Assembly: GCA_903879985.1 (NCBI GenBank)
Contig: CAIRNR010000004.1
Coordinates: forward strand, 32,762 to 96,761
Direction: 5' to 3'
From: an uncultured candidate division WWE3 bacterium
GTDB lineage: Bacteria; Patescibacteriota; WWE3; UBA101185; UBA10185
Length of the DNA stretch: 64,000 nt
The position numbers and the translations under genes were made by a program. Under the pieces are notes generated by a model. It was not told the origin of the DNA, did not search any database, and saw only the letters and a program-made list of their open reading frames with translations. The stretch's first letter is position 1; every line of letters starts with the position of its first letter. Positions 28,801 through 37,248 of the stretch are shown in pieces.

Positions 28801-29819
28801 TGACGCAATTAAGTTCTATTAAGCTTGAAATGGGAGAACTTAAATCATTAGTCGCGCAATCAGCGTCATCTAAGAATTTATTAGGATTTGTTGGCGGCGC
28901 ACAAGTTTCATCTATTTGGGGAATCGTGTTTGTATTACTCGCTGCCTTTGGATTTATTTTGATTTATACCAAGTTCTTGCTGGGTGCATTTAAACCTAAA
29001 GGAAAAGTTAAAAATGAGGTTCAGGAAACAACAACCAGCATTGGAATGCCCGATTTACCAGAACAAAAGAAAGTACTTCCAAATATTGTGTTGCCAGCTT
29101 TACCAAAGCCAACATTTGCTAAACTATCGATGAATGTCCATGTACTAAAATTGGTATTTATATCTGTAGCTTCATTTGCTGTAATGGGTGCAGGCGTATG
29201 GTTTATGTTAACAAGATTAACGCCAAGTAAACCTGTGTCTGTTCCACAAGAAATTAAAAAGGAAATAACACCTACGGTAGCTGAAGAACCAACTAATGTT
29301 GATTCTGCACCAAACGAAACTCAGATAACCACAGAAAAATCTGTATTGGGAGCTCAAAGTACAAATGTAGTAATCACAATTCCTTCATATTCCGACGGCG
29401 TAAATGTACGACAACAACCTGATATTACTTCTCCAGTATTAATTAGATATAACAAGGATACAGAGGTAATAAAATATTCTGAATCTGGAACTTGGACAGA
29501 AGTAGGAATAGATTTAACAGTTGCTGGTGTTAACTACACCCGTGGTTGGGTAAGCACTGGTTTAATTACAGTTCCTTCTTCCGTAAAGGTTGTTGCACCG
29601 GCAGATACCGATGGAGTAAATGTTAGAGCAAAGCCCGGATTAAGCTCTGACGTTATTGGTATCACTCCAGTTGAGTTTAATACAGTTAAATATGGTGAAT
29701 CCGCGGACGCCGATTGGGTTGAGATAGAAGTTGATATGAAAAAAGATGATACTAAATACACAAGAGGCTGGGTTAATAAGCAGTTTGTACAAAAAGCTGA
29801 ATCTACTCCATCATTATAA
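25869..29819 (+). CDS. Giant surface protein: signal peptide, Cys-rich head, 22-aa repeat coiled-coil stalk, two TMs, two C-terminal SH3b-like domains
   Basis: VMA-AP cleavage, SAVTGSQGLVIANQNSNTGTVT repeats, two internal TMs, two GVNVR..P...W.E....RGWV domains. Confidence 0.75.
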   Translation: MKNVRMPKSLKVLIFGVLFSILYVGAASKVMAAPAEYQRCGRGGSCEIGEFLYDDSYSPITTAGICILTSRTSSGSVYADPPSIMTSSSAGDGWYSSNWTVGGAQTEGLYPTTVCCTPVGENKICIDKSFVIGTTLLSGSEVANAVWDSQTSDHTGAGTFGNVLGNILYNIWNYGTRSLTSATLALGEQLAVKSEVNSSITASQTAVTSAVSGSQGLVIANQNSNTGTVTSAVTGSQGLVIANQNSNTASVNSAVAGSQGLIIANQNSNTGTVTSAVSGSQGLIIANQNSNTDSVNSAVTGSQGLVIANQTANTSTITGWITSTLAALQAAILGQQSSDTSSLAGTVTSAMSGSQNAIIANQNSNTDTVTSAVTGSQGLVIANQTANTNTITGWITSTLASLQAAILGQQSSDTSTLAGTVTSAVTGSQGLVIANQNSNTGTVTSSVSVAQNAIIGNQNSATGVITGAVSSSVSAAQGAILGQQTSDTSTITGAITAGTGTVTSAVSGSQGLIIASQSAATGTITGAVSSSVSGAQAAILGQQTSDTSTLLAQMLADKTYLGNAVTSSQSAIMGPSAKNLTQIATGVSGLQSTADSISTKVDSLQTSIGTVDTNVDSLITNWNNLDLSQVSSAMSAISTSLGTISDGCASTTTVFGDIRCLKDKWGVQDASSLYNAANNAYTTSIALQGELDYNQKSTTAYKDLQNLKTYVLALQTSLGTEADAATVPTIFGRIKKSQDTLANLNTSGTGLDDLLSKWGSYDAADIYNKVKNLSDDIEKVNTVPDVDSILKLSKQNSSDMKELKNTTYALKAVVDVNRVLLDKFSNSPIVKTWLEDGSVIFKTLITNPSTISKQTVPLKFYLPKETRKEDLIKVDTGLNVEFDSKEDAFFVSGLFPLNPGETKIVAVEVKDVWKINTTELDSLRMQAEDLSVPLKDSSFFAQGVTLKSDIVVRLDDIKRLQSEAYTPEDRIKTFRDNMTQLSSIKLEMGELKSLVAQSASSKNLLGFVGGAQVSSIWGIVFVLLAAFGFILIYTKFLLGAFKPKGKVKNEVQETTTSIGMPDLPEQKKVLPNIVLPALPKPTFAKLSMNVHVLKLVFISVASFAVMGAGVWFMLTRLTPSKPVSVPQEIKKEITPTVAEEPTNVDSAPNETQITTEKSVLGAQSTNVVITIPSYSDGVNVRQQPDITSPVLIRYNKDTEVIKYSESGTWTEVGIDLTVAGVNYTRGWVSTGLITVPSSVKVVAPADTDGVNVRAKPGLSSDVIGITPVEFNTVKYGESADADWVEIEVDMKKDDTKYTRGWVNKQFVQKAESTPSL
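26486..27510 (+). repeat. Coding 66-bp (22-aa) degenerate tandem repeats
   Basis: Recurrent GSQGL[VI]IANQ units with synonymous variation; approximate bounds. Confidence 0.8.
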
Positions 29820-31302
29820 GTGGTTCTTCACCTTCAAAGTCTCGTTTACTTTCCTTAACAAATAATGCTGATAAACTTCCGACGAACATAAATGCTACTG
29901 CAGTTTTAAATACCGTAGCAAAAGATAAGATATTTGCCTTGACGGCCATTAAAGCTACAACTTCACCGTATATAGCCTGAGAATGCGCGTTAATAATTGT
30001 ATGTTGCTGTAAAGCTAATAAATTACTGTTAAAACTGTTGGTTAGGATTGTTGCAAATATAGCGATACCAAAAGCTCCGGCGATGTTACGTGCTAATGCT
30101 AAAACCGATGAAGCAATTCCGATTTCGTGAACAGGTACTGTTGATGTAGCGGCATTTGTTAATGGAGACATTCCCAAACCAAGTCCAAAAGCCATAACAA
30201 ACATGCGTATTGCAATATCCACGCCGGTCCACTTAACGTCTATTTGAGAAAACAAAGCCATGGCTATTGCACCAATAAACATTCCTACTGCAACTAGATA
30301 TCTTGGTTCAAATTTTGATGCTAGTTTTCCTCCAAGTGGCGCAGCGATTAACATACCAATTGCCATTGGTATAAATAATAAGCCTGTTTGAGTAACCGTA
30401 TATCCCATGTAGTTTTGTATAAAAATTGGAAGAATAAACATTCCGCCCATCATTCCCATGAATGAAATAAATGAAGTTACTATTGCTGCACTAAATGACG
30501 GAATCTTAAAAAACTTTAGGTCTACAACCGGTTCTTTAGCTCTTTGCTCAATAAGTACAAATCCAACAAATGACAAAGTAGTGACGATATAAGTGATAAT
30601 ACTGTTTGCACTCCCCCATCCCCAACCTTGACCTTGATCTAATACTAAAACCAAAGCTCCCAATGAAAGTCCTAAAGTTAGTGCACCTGCAATATCAAAG
30701 TTTTTCAATCCTTTAACTTCTTTGACTGGCTCGTCGATATATTTAATAGCCATAAAAGTACCAATCATTCCGATAGGAACGTTTATATAAAATACTGATC
30801 TCCATGAGAATGTGTCTATTAGAGGACCGCCCAATAATGGGCCAAATACTGCGGCAACAGCAAATATTGCTGACCACAAGCCCATTGCTTGAGCTCTCTG
30901 ACTTTTATCTTGAAATGTATGAGCAACAATAGAAAGTGCTATTGGATAATCGATTGAAACGGTGATAGCTTGAAGGACGCGGAATAAAAGTAAAGATTGT
31001 AAGTTAAAAGACAATCCAGCTAACATTGAGGTTACAACAAAGCCAACTATACCAAAAATGTATAAAGCTTTTCTTCCAATTAAGTCGCCGAGCTTTCCGA
31101 ATATTGGAACAAAAATCGCATTTGCAATTATGTAGCCTGTTGAAATCCAGCTTGCTTGAGAAACAGTTATACCAAAGTCTTTAATAATTTTTGGAAAGGC
31201 TAGGTTTACAATAGTACCGTCAAGTCGCCCTAAAAAACTGGCGATCATTACGGTTGCAAGCACTACCCATTGGTTTTTGTGAAATACTGTTTTTTCGGCC
31301 AT
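29803..31302 (-). CDS. DHA2 (EmrB/QacA) MFS efflux permease
   Basis: LDGTIVNLAFP, GKLGDLIGRK, GPLLGG, WRSVFYINVPIG. Confidence 0.93.
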   Translation of the reverse strand: MAEKTVFHKNQWVVLATVMIASFLGRLDGTIVNLAFPKIIKDFGITVSQASWISTGYIIANAIFVPIFGKLGDLIGRKALYIFGIVGFVVTSMLAGLSFNLQSLLLFRVLQAITVSIDYPIALSIVAHTFQDKSQRAQAMGLWSAIFAVAAVFGPLLGGPLIDTFSWRSVFYINVPIGMIGTFMAIKYIDEPVKEVKGLKNFDIAGALTLGLSLGALVLVLDQGQGWGWGSANSIITYIVTTLSFVGFVLIEQRAKEPVVDLKFFKIPSFSAAIVTSFISFMGMMGGMFILPIFIQNYMGYTVTQTGLLFIPMAIGMLIAAPLGGKLASKFEPRYLVAVGMFIGAIAMALFSQIDVKWTGVDIAIRMFVMAFGLGLGMSPLTNAATSTVPVHEIGIASSVLALARNIAGAFGIAIFATILTNSFNSNLLALQQHTIINAHSQAIYGEVVALMAVKANILSFATVFKTAVAFMFVGSLSALFVKESKRDFEGEEPLIMME

Positions 31303-31332
31303 AGTTTATTCTTTGTGCTTAGACAACGGTTG

Positions 31333-31965
31333 TTACTTTGTGAACACAGTCATTTTTGCAGACATTCCGTTTTTAATTTCAGGATATTGTTCTGAATTGA
31401 ATTTTGCGAACACTTCAAACTGTTGTGTTGGACGTGTGCCTGAAATAGAAAATGCAGCTTGTGTTTGTTTAGCACTTTCACCTACTTCATCAACGTATCC
31501 CCAAAAAGTTTTTCCAGGTAAGGCATCGACTGTAAATGAAACGACCTGTCCGATTTTAATTTGATTTAAACCTTTGTTTTCGTCTATGGTTCCGTTAATT
31601 CTCATTTGAGTAGTGTCTATCATTTGAACAACCGGAACTTGTGCGGACACGATACTTCCTATTTGTTGATTTGTGTTTGATACTATTCCGTCGGAATAAG
31701 ATCGAATAACTTCTGAACCAACAACGCCTAAAACGTCACCTTTTTTAACTTTTTGACCTTCGATAACGTCAACACTTATAAGTTTTCCAGGCACGGTTGC
31801 TGACAATGATGTTATTGGTGCATCAACAAGAGAGTTTTCTATAGAAACTCTGGATGTTGTTTTTAATAAAAATAATGTTGTCCCGAAAATAATTCCAATA
31901 GCCAAAACAATTAATAATGTTCTTACGAATATTTTGTTTTTTAATGCATTTAATAAGTTTTTCAT
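31333..31965 (-). CDS. HlyD/EmrA-like adaptor (hairpinless)
   Basis: TM, lipoyl halves VIEGQKVKKGD, IKIGQ, GMSA. Confidence 0.85.
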   Translation of the reverse strand: MKNLLNALKNKIFVRTLLIVLAIGIIFGTTLFLLKTTSRVSIENSLVDAPITSLSATVPGKLISVDVIEGQKVKKGDVLGVVGSEVIRSYSDGIVSNTNQQIGSIVSAQVPVVQMIDTTQMRINGTIDENKGLNQIKIGQVVSFTVDALPGKTFWGYVDEVGESAKQTQAAFSISGTRPTQQFEVFAKFNSEQYPEIKNGMSAKMTVFTK

Positions 31966-31989
31966 AATATTTTTTTAAGTGTATATACC

Positions 31990-33105
31990 TTATAAAACTA
32001 AGTACTTTTTGCTAACTATTGTTGATGGATCAACGATTATTTTGTCGTTAGCGTTTAATCCACTTACTATTTCGGTATATGCACCGTTTACGTTTCCGAT
32101 AACAACCTGTTTTAATACAGCGCTGCCGTTTTCTTCAACCCAAATATTTTGACCATTTAAGATCAGCCATGTTGGTGCTAAGAAAACTTGTTTATCATAA
32201 ATGTTTGTAATAAATGCAACACCACCTTGTTTATATTTTCCAAGTGTTGGGATTTGGTCACTCGCGATATCGACCTGATATACATTTTCTCCATTAGGCA
32301 AAGAAAGTTTATCCGGATAAATTTTAATAACGGTTCCGTCAAAAGTTTGGTCTTGCATACCGTTTAATTTTATTGTTGCCTTAGCTCCTCCACTTACATA
32401 ATTGATTTCATCTTCAGAAATATTAACTCTAAACACCAAAGCTTTTGGATCGATAATATTAAAGGTTGTTGAAGGTGTAGCCATTACGTATGGTGTATTT
32501 ATATCTTCGTGAGTAATAACACCGTTAAATGGTGCGTTAATTGATGCAAGTGTTAAAGCATACTGAGCTAACTCTATTTGAATAGCTGCATTATTAACAT
32601 TGTCTTTACTTTGTTGTCTCAAATGATCTACTGCTGTTTGAATAGCATCTGCTTTTTCATCGCCTTTTATCCCAGCTATTTGATAGTAGTCATAAGGATA
32701 AACTAATTGGGATTTTAATACTTTATCGTTAGCATTAGCTTTTGTTTGTTTGTAGGCTGCGTTTGCGGCATCGTAATTATTCATTGCTGCTTCAAGTTGT
32801 TTTTGGATTGTATATGTATCGAGTGATGCAATGGTCTGGCCTTGTTTAACGGTTGTTCCTTCTTTAAATGGAAGGTATACAACTTTACCTCCTGTTTGAA
32901 AATGTAATGAAGCTTCGTTTTGCGAACGAACAAATCCTTCTACCATTATTTGTGAATTAACAGCTTTAAGGTTAACTGTTTCAGATTTAATTTCTGAATT
33001 TTTGCTTTTTGTAATAAGTTTTGCTACTCCAAAGAATGTCCCTGTAGCAATTACTACCATAATGGCTAGCGAAATAATTAAATTTTTTGAAATACGCGTT
33101 TTCAT
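31990..33105 (-). CDS. Efflux RND-type periplasmic adaptor subunit
   Basis: TM, G.V....KEG..VKQGQ, coiled hairpin, APFNG, SGL; start at ATG 33105. Confidence 0.85.
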   Translation of the reverse strand: MKTRISKNLIISLAIMVVIATGTFFGVAKLITKSKNSEIKSETVNLKAVNSQIMVEGFVRSQNEASLHFQTGGKVVYLPFKEGTTVKQGQTIASLDTYTIQKQLEAAMNNYDAANAAYKQTKANANDKVLKSQLVYPYDYYQIAGIKGDEKADAIQTAVDHLRQQSKDNVNNAAIQIELAQYALTLASINAPFNGVITHEDINTPYVMATPSTTFNIIDPKALVFRVNISEDEINYVSGGAKATIKLNGMQDQTFDGTVIKIYPDKLSLPNGENVYQVDIASDQIPTLGKYKQGGVAFITNIYDKQVFLAPTWLILNGQNIWVEENGSAVLKQVVIGNVNGAYTEIVSGLNANDKIIVDPSTIVSKKYLVL

Positions 33106-33106
33106 A

Positions 33107-33553
33107 TTATTTACCTTCCTTTTCAAGTTTTTGATACAACTTTTTTAAAATTTCTAACAAATTACTTTTATCCTGTTCTGAAATGACATTTAATACGTAG
33201 GTCATTCTTTCGACCTTAGCTTTGGTTGATTTTTCTAAATCTTTTTTACCTTTTGTAGTTAATGTAATCAAAACTTTTCTTCTGTCGTTTTCGTCGTCTA
33301 CTCTTTCAACTAATCTGTTAACCAACAATCTGTCTATAAGAACGGTTGCAGTTGGTAGTTTAACATTAAGCTCTTTTGCTAACTGGCTCATTGTGACATT
33401 TTCTTTGTCGGCAATAAGCATTAAAGCTCGTAACTGCAACATACTAAGCTCGTGATCAATAGTCTCATTAAACTTAATATTTTTACCTACGGCTCTAATA
33501 ACCTTGTAGGAAAGTAGTATTATTTCTTGTTCTGATGCTTTTTGTTTAGTCAT
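33107..33553 (-). CDS. MarR family transcriptional regulator
   Basis: LA..L......T..IDRL....LVER..D..DRR.V.I.LT.KG. Confidence 0.92.
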   Translation of the reverse strand: MTKQKASEQEIILLSYKVIRAVGKNIKFNETIDHELSMLQLRALMLIADKENVTMSQLAKELNVKLPTATVLIDRLLVNRLVERVDDENDRRKVLITLTTKGKKDLEKSTKAKVERMTYVLNVISEQDKSNLLEILKKLYQKLEKEGK

Positions 33554-33624
33554 AAATACACCTATAGTGCTTAACGAAGCTAAAGGTTAGCATCACTTAG
33601 TATTTATGTCAAATTTGGGAAGGT

Positions 33625-34338
33625 TTATTTAGTGTATACGTCAGACCAATTTCCGGTCTTGCATCCGTTAATGGTTCTCATTTTCCAGTAGCCACCGAAC
33701 CATCCAAGAATAGATCCGAGCCCTGTTTTTTCGTGGCCGTCGTTTTTTAGTGTTAATTTAAATGGTAAAAAGGTTTTGGAATATCCAAAGTTTAGTTCAA
33801 CTTTGTTTCCGCCAACAGCAGACCATGTAAGTTGTTCAGTTTGAGAATTGTAACTGGACCATGTTATTAGTGGTGGTTTTGAATCTAGGCAACGTGTATC
33901 TTTTTTAAATGTGTGCGTTGGTTCAGTCGGTGGCGCAAGGAGCGTAAATGTCCACGTGGTATCTGCTTCTGTCATACACGATGGCGAGGATACAGAATAA
34001 TCGTCATTAAGTACGCAATTTGTTCTAAATAACACTGCTCTTATTCTGTGAGTTCCCCCACCGAATGTTTGATTTTCTACAGTCCAATTTCCTTGAGTAT
34101 TAAAAACGTGAAAATTAGTTATAGTATCTATATAAACGACTAATACGTTGCTACTATCAAAGCCTGATGTACCTGTTATATCCACTGGAGCATTAACTGT
34201 AGGTTGTGTTGACTCGTTAATTGATACCTCTAAACTTGGACGGGCATATGTTTTTGAAGTCATTGTTAGAGATAGTAAAAACACTATGGTTAGTGTTTTG
34301 AAAAGTGAAGATTTTATTTTAAAAGAATTAACAGACAT
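33625..34338 (-). CDS. Secreted Ig-like protein with shared two-Cys C-terminal domain
   Basis: Signal peptide (TYA), Big-like domain, TFKKDTRCL...TINGCKTG. Confidence 0.7.
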   Translation of the reverse strand: MSVNSFKIKSSLFKTLTIVFLLSLTMTSKTYARPSLEVSINESTQPTVNAPVDITGTSGFDSSNVLVVYIDTITNFHVFNTQGNWTVENQTFGGGTHRIRAVLFRTNCVLNDDYSVSSPSCMTEADTTWTFTLLAPPTEPTHTFKKDTRCLDSKPPLITWSSYNSQTEQLTWSAVGGNKVELNFGYSKTFLPFKLTLKNDGHEKTGLGSILGWFGGYWKMRTINGCKTGNWSDVYTK

Positions 34339-34350
34339 AGAATAATTTTA

Positions 34351-34743
34351 CTACCTCTTATTCATAAATGTTATGGTCAATTGAAGTGTTGTAGCAAACG
34401 AAACCCACAACAAATAAAAAATGTTTAAATATACCACCCATGGTTTGTATGGCATGATTGCAATAAACGCCCAAAGTATTGTAAATAAAACTAAAATAAT
34501 ATCTGCTGCTGCGAGTTTATTGTTTTTTAAACCAAATTGAATGTATGTGAAAGAAAAGTTAAATATCAAATTTAAGGCAAAGGGTAACGTGATTAGCCAA
34601 GATATTTTTCCCAAAAATGTATCGTAAAATACGCTTCCAAAGCTTACTGCAATGATTATATAAAGGACAGTCCAAACAGGACCAAAAATCCAAGCTGGAG
34701 GTGACCACTTTGGTTTTTTAAGTTTTTGATAATACTTTTGCAC
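34351..34743 (-). CDS. tspO: TspO/MBR tryptophan-rich sensory protein
   Basis: L.KP.WSPP.WIFGPVW..LY, YLLWVSFAT.L. Confidence 0.9.
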   Translation of the reverse strand: MQKYYQKLKKPKWSPPAWIFGPVWTVLYIIIAVSFGSVFYDTFLGKISWLITLPFALNLIFNFSFTYIQFGLKNNKLAAADIILVLFTILWAFIAIMPYKPWVVYLNIFYLLWVSFATTLQLTITFMNKR

Positions 34744-34855
34744 TATATTTTAAGTATATGCTTTTGAGAAAAAATAGCTGTACTTAACTTGGGATACTTG
34801 TTAACGCGTGATATACTATCGGGTATATTGAAGGATAAAATGAAAAGGAGAGATT

Positions 34856-35239
34856 ATGGCAGAGATAGTGAAAGTATTGAAGGCACTAGCCACAACGGAT
34901 GTAATCCCATCAAAGGTTTTTACCTTGGACAAGTTTTACGAAGTTTACACAGCATTGCCCAATGGTATATTGATTTTTAAAGTACAATACCTTTCAGCAG
35001 GAAATATTCCTTGGGTAGTTATTGTAAATGGAGATACTTGGTCTACAGTTGTAAATCCCCGACTTGCTAAGTTGTTTCCCTGCTTGACGGAAATTTTGCC
35101 CGCCGAAATTATCTCCGCTGACTGGTTTTTTGAACATCGTACGAAAATGTCCGCATTGCTTGGCAGAGGTTTGTTTATTTGGCAAGTTCTTAAGTTGGAA
35201 CGTCCTGGCCAAATAGAATGCAGAATTGAAGGTCCTTAA
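34856..35239 (+). CDS. Hypothetical protein
   Basis: SD AAAAGGAG, promoter, terminator. Confidence 0.7.
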   Translation: MAEIVKVLKALATTDVIPSKVFTLDKFYEVYTALPNGILIFKVQYLSAGNIPWVVIVNGDTWSTVVNPRLAKLFPCLTEILPAEIISADWFFEHRTKMSALLGRGLFIWQVLKLERPGQIECRIEGP

Positions 35240-35260
35240 AACAACAAGCCGTAAAAGGAA

Positions 35261-35302
35261 AAGCACCTAAGTTTATTTATATTCTTAGGTGCTTATTTTT
35301 TT
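35261..35302. terminator. Bidirectional terminator
   Basis: AAGCACCTAAG...CTTAGGTGCTT plus T run. Confidence 0.8.
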
Positions 35303-35306
35303 GTTT

Positions 35307-35693
35307 CTAATGTCTGTGTTTAAACTCATTTTCTGTATTATTTATGGCTATGGCAATTGTTGACACAAAAAAACCAAGCGCAAGTGCAATTACTCCAATG
35401 AAACTTAAATAAAAGTTTATAACCACAAATCCTGACAAAAATATTGCGGCTGATCCAAAAAGAATTATTATTGGCCAGTTTTTGTGGAATATAGGATGTT
35501 GCATGTTGAACACGTCCTTCAATTTAGCATCAGGGCTATATACGATATCTATAACGATCCATGAAAGCAGGATAACTCCAAAGCCTCCAATTATTCCTGC
35601 AAAAGTCGGATTAGCTTCTCTTGTAAAATATGCCGCAAGTGCGCATAAAACAACGCCAATACTTTCACAAACCAACGAAATAATTCTTCCCAT
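35307..35693 (-). CDS. Hypothetical 4-TM membrane protein
   Basis: SD AGGAGG, TTGACA/TAGAAT promoter. Confidence 0.7.
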   Translation of the reverse strand: MGRIISLVCESIGVVLCALAAYFTREANPTFAGIIGGFGVILLSWIVIDIVYSPDAKLKDVFNMQHPIFHKNWPIIILFGSAAIFLSGFVVINFYLSFIGVIALALGFFVSTIAIAINNTENEFKHRH

Positions 35694-35775
35694 TTTAACT
35701 CCTCCTATTTTTATATGAATATTGTGGCAATTCTATATTTTGTAAATTTATTGTCAAACTTAATTTAAAAAAAGA

Positions 35776-35813
35776 AAAAGGCCGCAACTAGTATATTAAT
35801 AGTTACGGCCTTT
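35776..35813 (-). terminator. Intrinsic terminator
   Basis: AAAGGCCGCAACTA...TAGTTACGGCCTTT. Confidence 0.75.
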
Positions 35814-35830
35814 GGTTTAGTTTTTTGTTA

Positions 35831-36229
35831 TCAGCGCAGCAAGAAAAATACGGCTGTAAGGATAACGATTAGAACGATCAGCAGTTTCCAGATATTTCGC
35901 TGATCAAGAAACGGGTCGGTAATTTTGTCGGGAAGTCCGATGAAAATTCCAAGGCCCAGTCCAGCACCCGCCATACATGCAAAAATTTCTGCAAGGAATG
36001 TCGATAGGTCATAGGTGCGGTACATCGGTGTAACTGTACCGGAGCAGAACAGTAAGCACGCCAGGAGACACAATGCCCCAAATGCGGCAATTCCCCAACC
36101 GGCTGTGTCTGCTTTGGTTATACGTTTTTGTACTGAATTTGGCATCATCAAAAACAGCGAGATAATGCCCACTGCGAAGATTGTTATTGCAACTCCGCTG
36201 AAAATATATTTTAACGTAGTTCCATCCAT
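35831..36229 (-). CDS. Hypothetical 4-TM membrane protein
   Basis: Four hydrophobic segments, last gene of operon. Confidence 0.7.
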   Translation of the reverse strand: MDGTTLKYIFSGVAITIFAVGIISLFLMMPNSVQKRITKADTAGWGIAAFGALCLLACLLFCSGTVTPMYRTYDLSTFLAEIFACMAGAGLGLGIFIGLPDKITDPFLDQRNIWKLLIVLIVILTAVFFLLR

Positions 36230-36253
36230 GATATTTTTTCTCTCTCTTTCGTT

Positions 36254-37222
36254 TTACTTCTTTTTGGGTTCTGCTGTTGCATCACATTCGCCTGGCATCA
36301 GCGAAGTGCAACCTTGCTGCAGGTTTTGAAGGGCGGCCAGCGAAGGTGTGGTAATCATTTTACTGTAACCTTCAGCAGCCGATTGATACAGTGTGCAAAT
36401 TCCTGCCACTGAATCCAAAGATACGCCATACATATAGGCATATTTTCCGGCGGGTAACATCGCGATGCCTTCGGGAGTGCCATCGTGAATTGCCTGGTAT
36501 TGCGAGCAAACTTTCATATCGCGGGTTTCAGCCTGCAGCGCTTTTGTGGGAAATCCCATAAACTGCGCCGGCAGAACCTGGTCAGCATTTTGTGATCCAA
36601 CAAATGTGGCAAAAGCTTTGTCGCCACTTTGGATCAGTTTCTGAATATCGGCGCCGTACTTATTATAAAAATCAATAATCACGGCTGTCTTCAGATCGCT
36701 AAGTTCCAGGTTTGAGATTTGACCATCAATCCTGAAAATTTCTCCTTTGATGTTCATGGCCTGAGCACGGTTTGATCGCATGTATACGGCGATATTTGTC
36801 GCGTGCTTTTGGCATTCCGTCACATCCCCAGGATAGGTTTGATTAACATGCAGCATATTCAATAGCGCCGGCGTTTCCTGGCCCATGCCCTTATCGCCAA
36901 ATGCGCCCGTTAAAGCTGCAATAAAGAATTCCTGCGAGTTGCTGTAGCAAAGTTTCATTACAGCCAGCTCGTCTTTGGTCTCAGACTGTGCATTTTCCAT
37001 TTGGGTTGTGTACAGTTTGAGTTGCTTCGTTTTCTCCACATCAAGGGCGACATGGGCGCTGTAAACTTTCGCAGCCTCCATGTACGCGATTTTCATTTCC
37101 TGCGTAAACTGTGTGGCTAACGGCGCAGGAGACGGTGCGGGAGCACAGGCGGATACCAGCATCATCAAAGTGATGAGCGTTACAAAGAGCAAATACGGAA
37201 TTTTCTTAAAATTGAGTTTCAT
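36254..37222 (-). CDS. Lipoprotein, LemA-like helical bundle (tentative)
   Basis: Lipobox LVSA-C; long amphipathic helices with GAFGDKG and Y.P turns. Confidence 0.6.
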   Translation of the reverse strand: MKLNFKKIPYLLFVTLITLMMLVSACAPAPSPAPLATQFTQEMKIAYMEAAKVYSAHVALDVEKTKQLKLYTTQMENAQSETKDELAVMKLCYSNSQEFFIAALTGAFGDKGMGQETPALLNMLHVNQTYPGDVTECQKHATNIAVYMRSNRAQAMNIKGEIFRIDGQISNLELSDLKTAVIIDFYNKYGADIQKLIQSGDKAFATFVGSQNADQVLPAQFMGFPTKALQAETRDMKVCSQYQAIHDGTPEGIAMLPAGKYAYMYGVSLDSVAGICTLYQSAAEGYSKMITTPSLAALQNLQQGCTSLMPGECDATAEPKKK

Positions 37223-37248
37223 TTCTTCCTCATTTCACTGGATATTGA

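Noticed and set aside
33561-33567. CCTATAG copy before marR as a member of the promoter element
   Set aside because: Lies in the leader and overlaps the SD-like AGGTG, not at the -35 position
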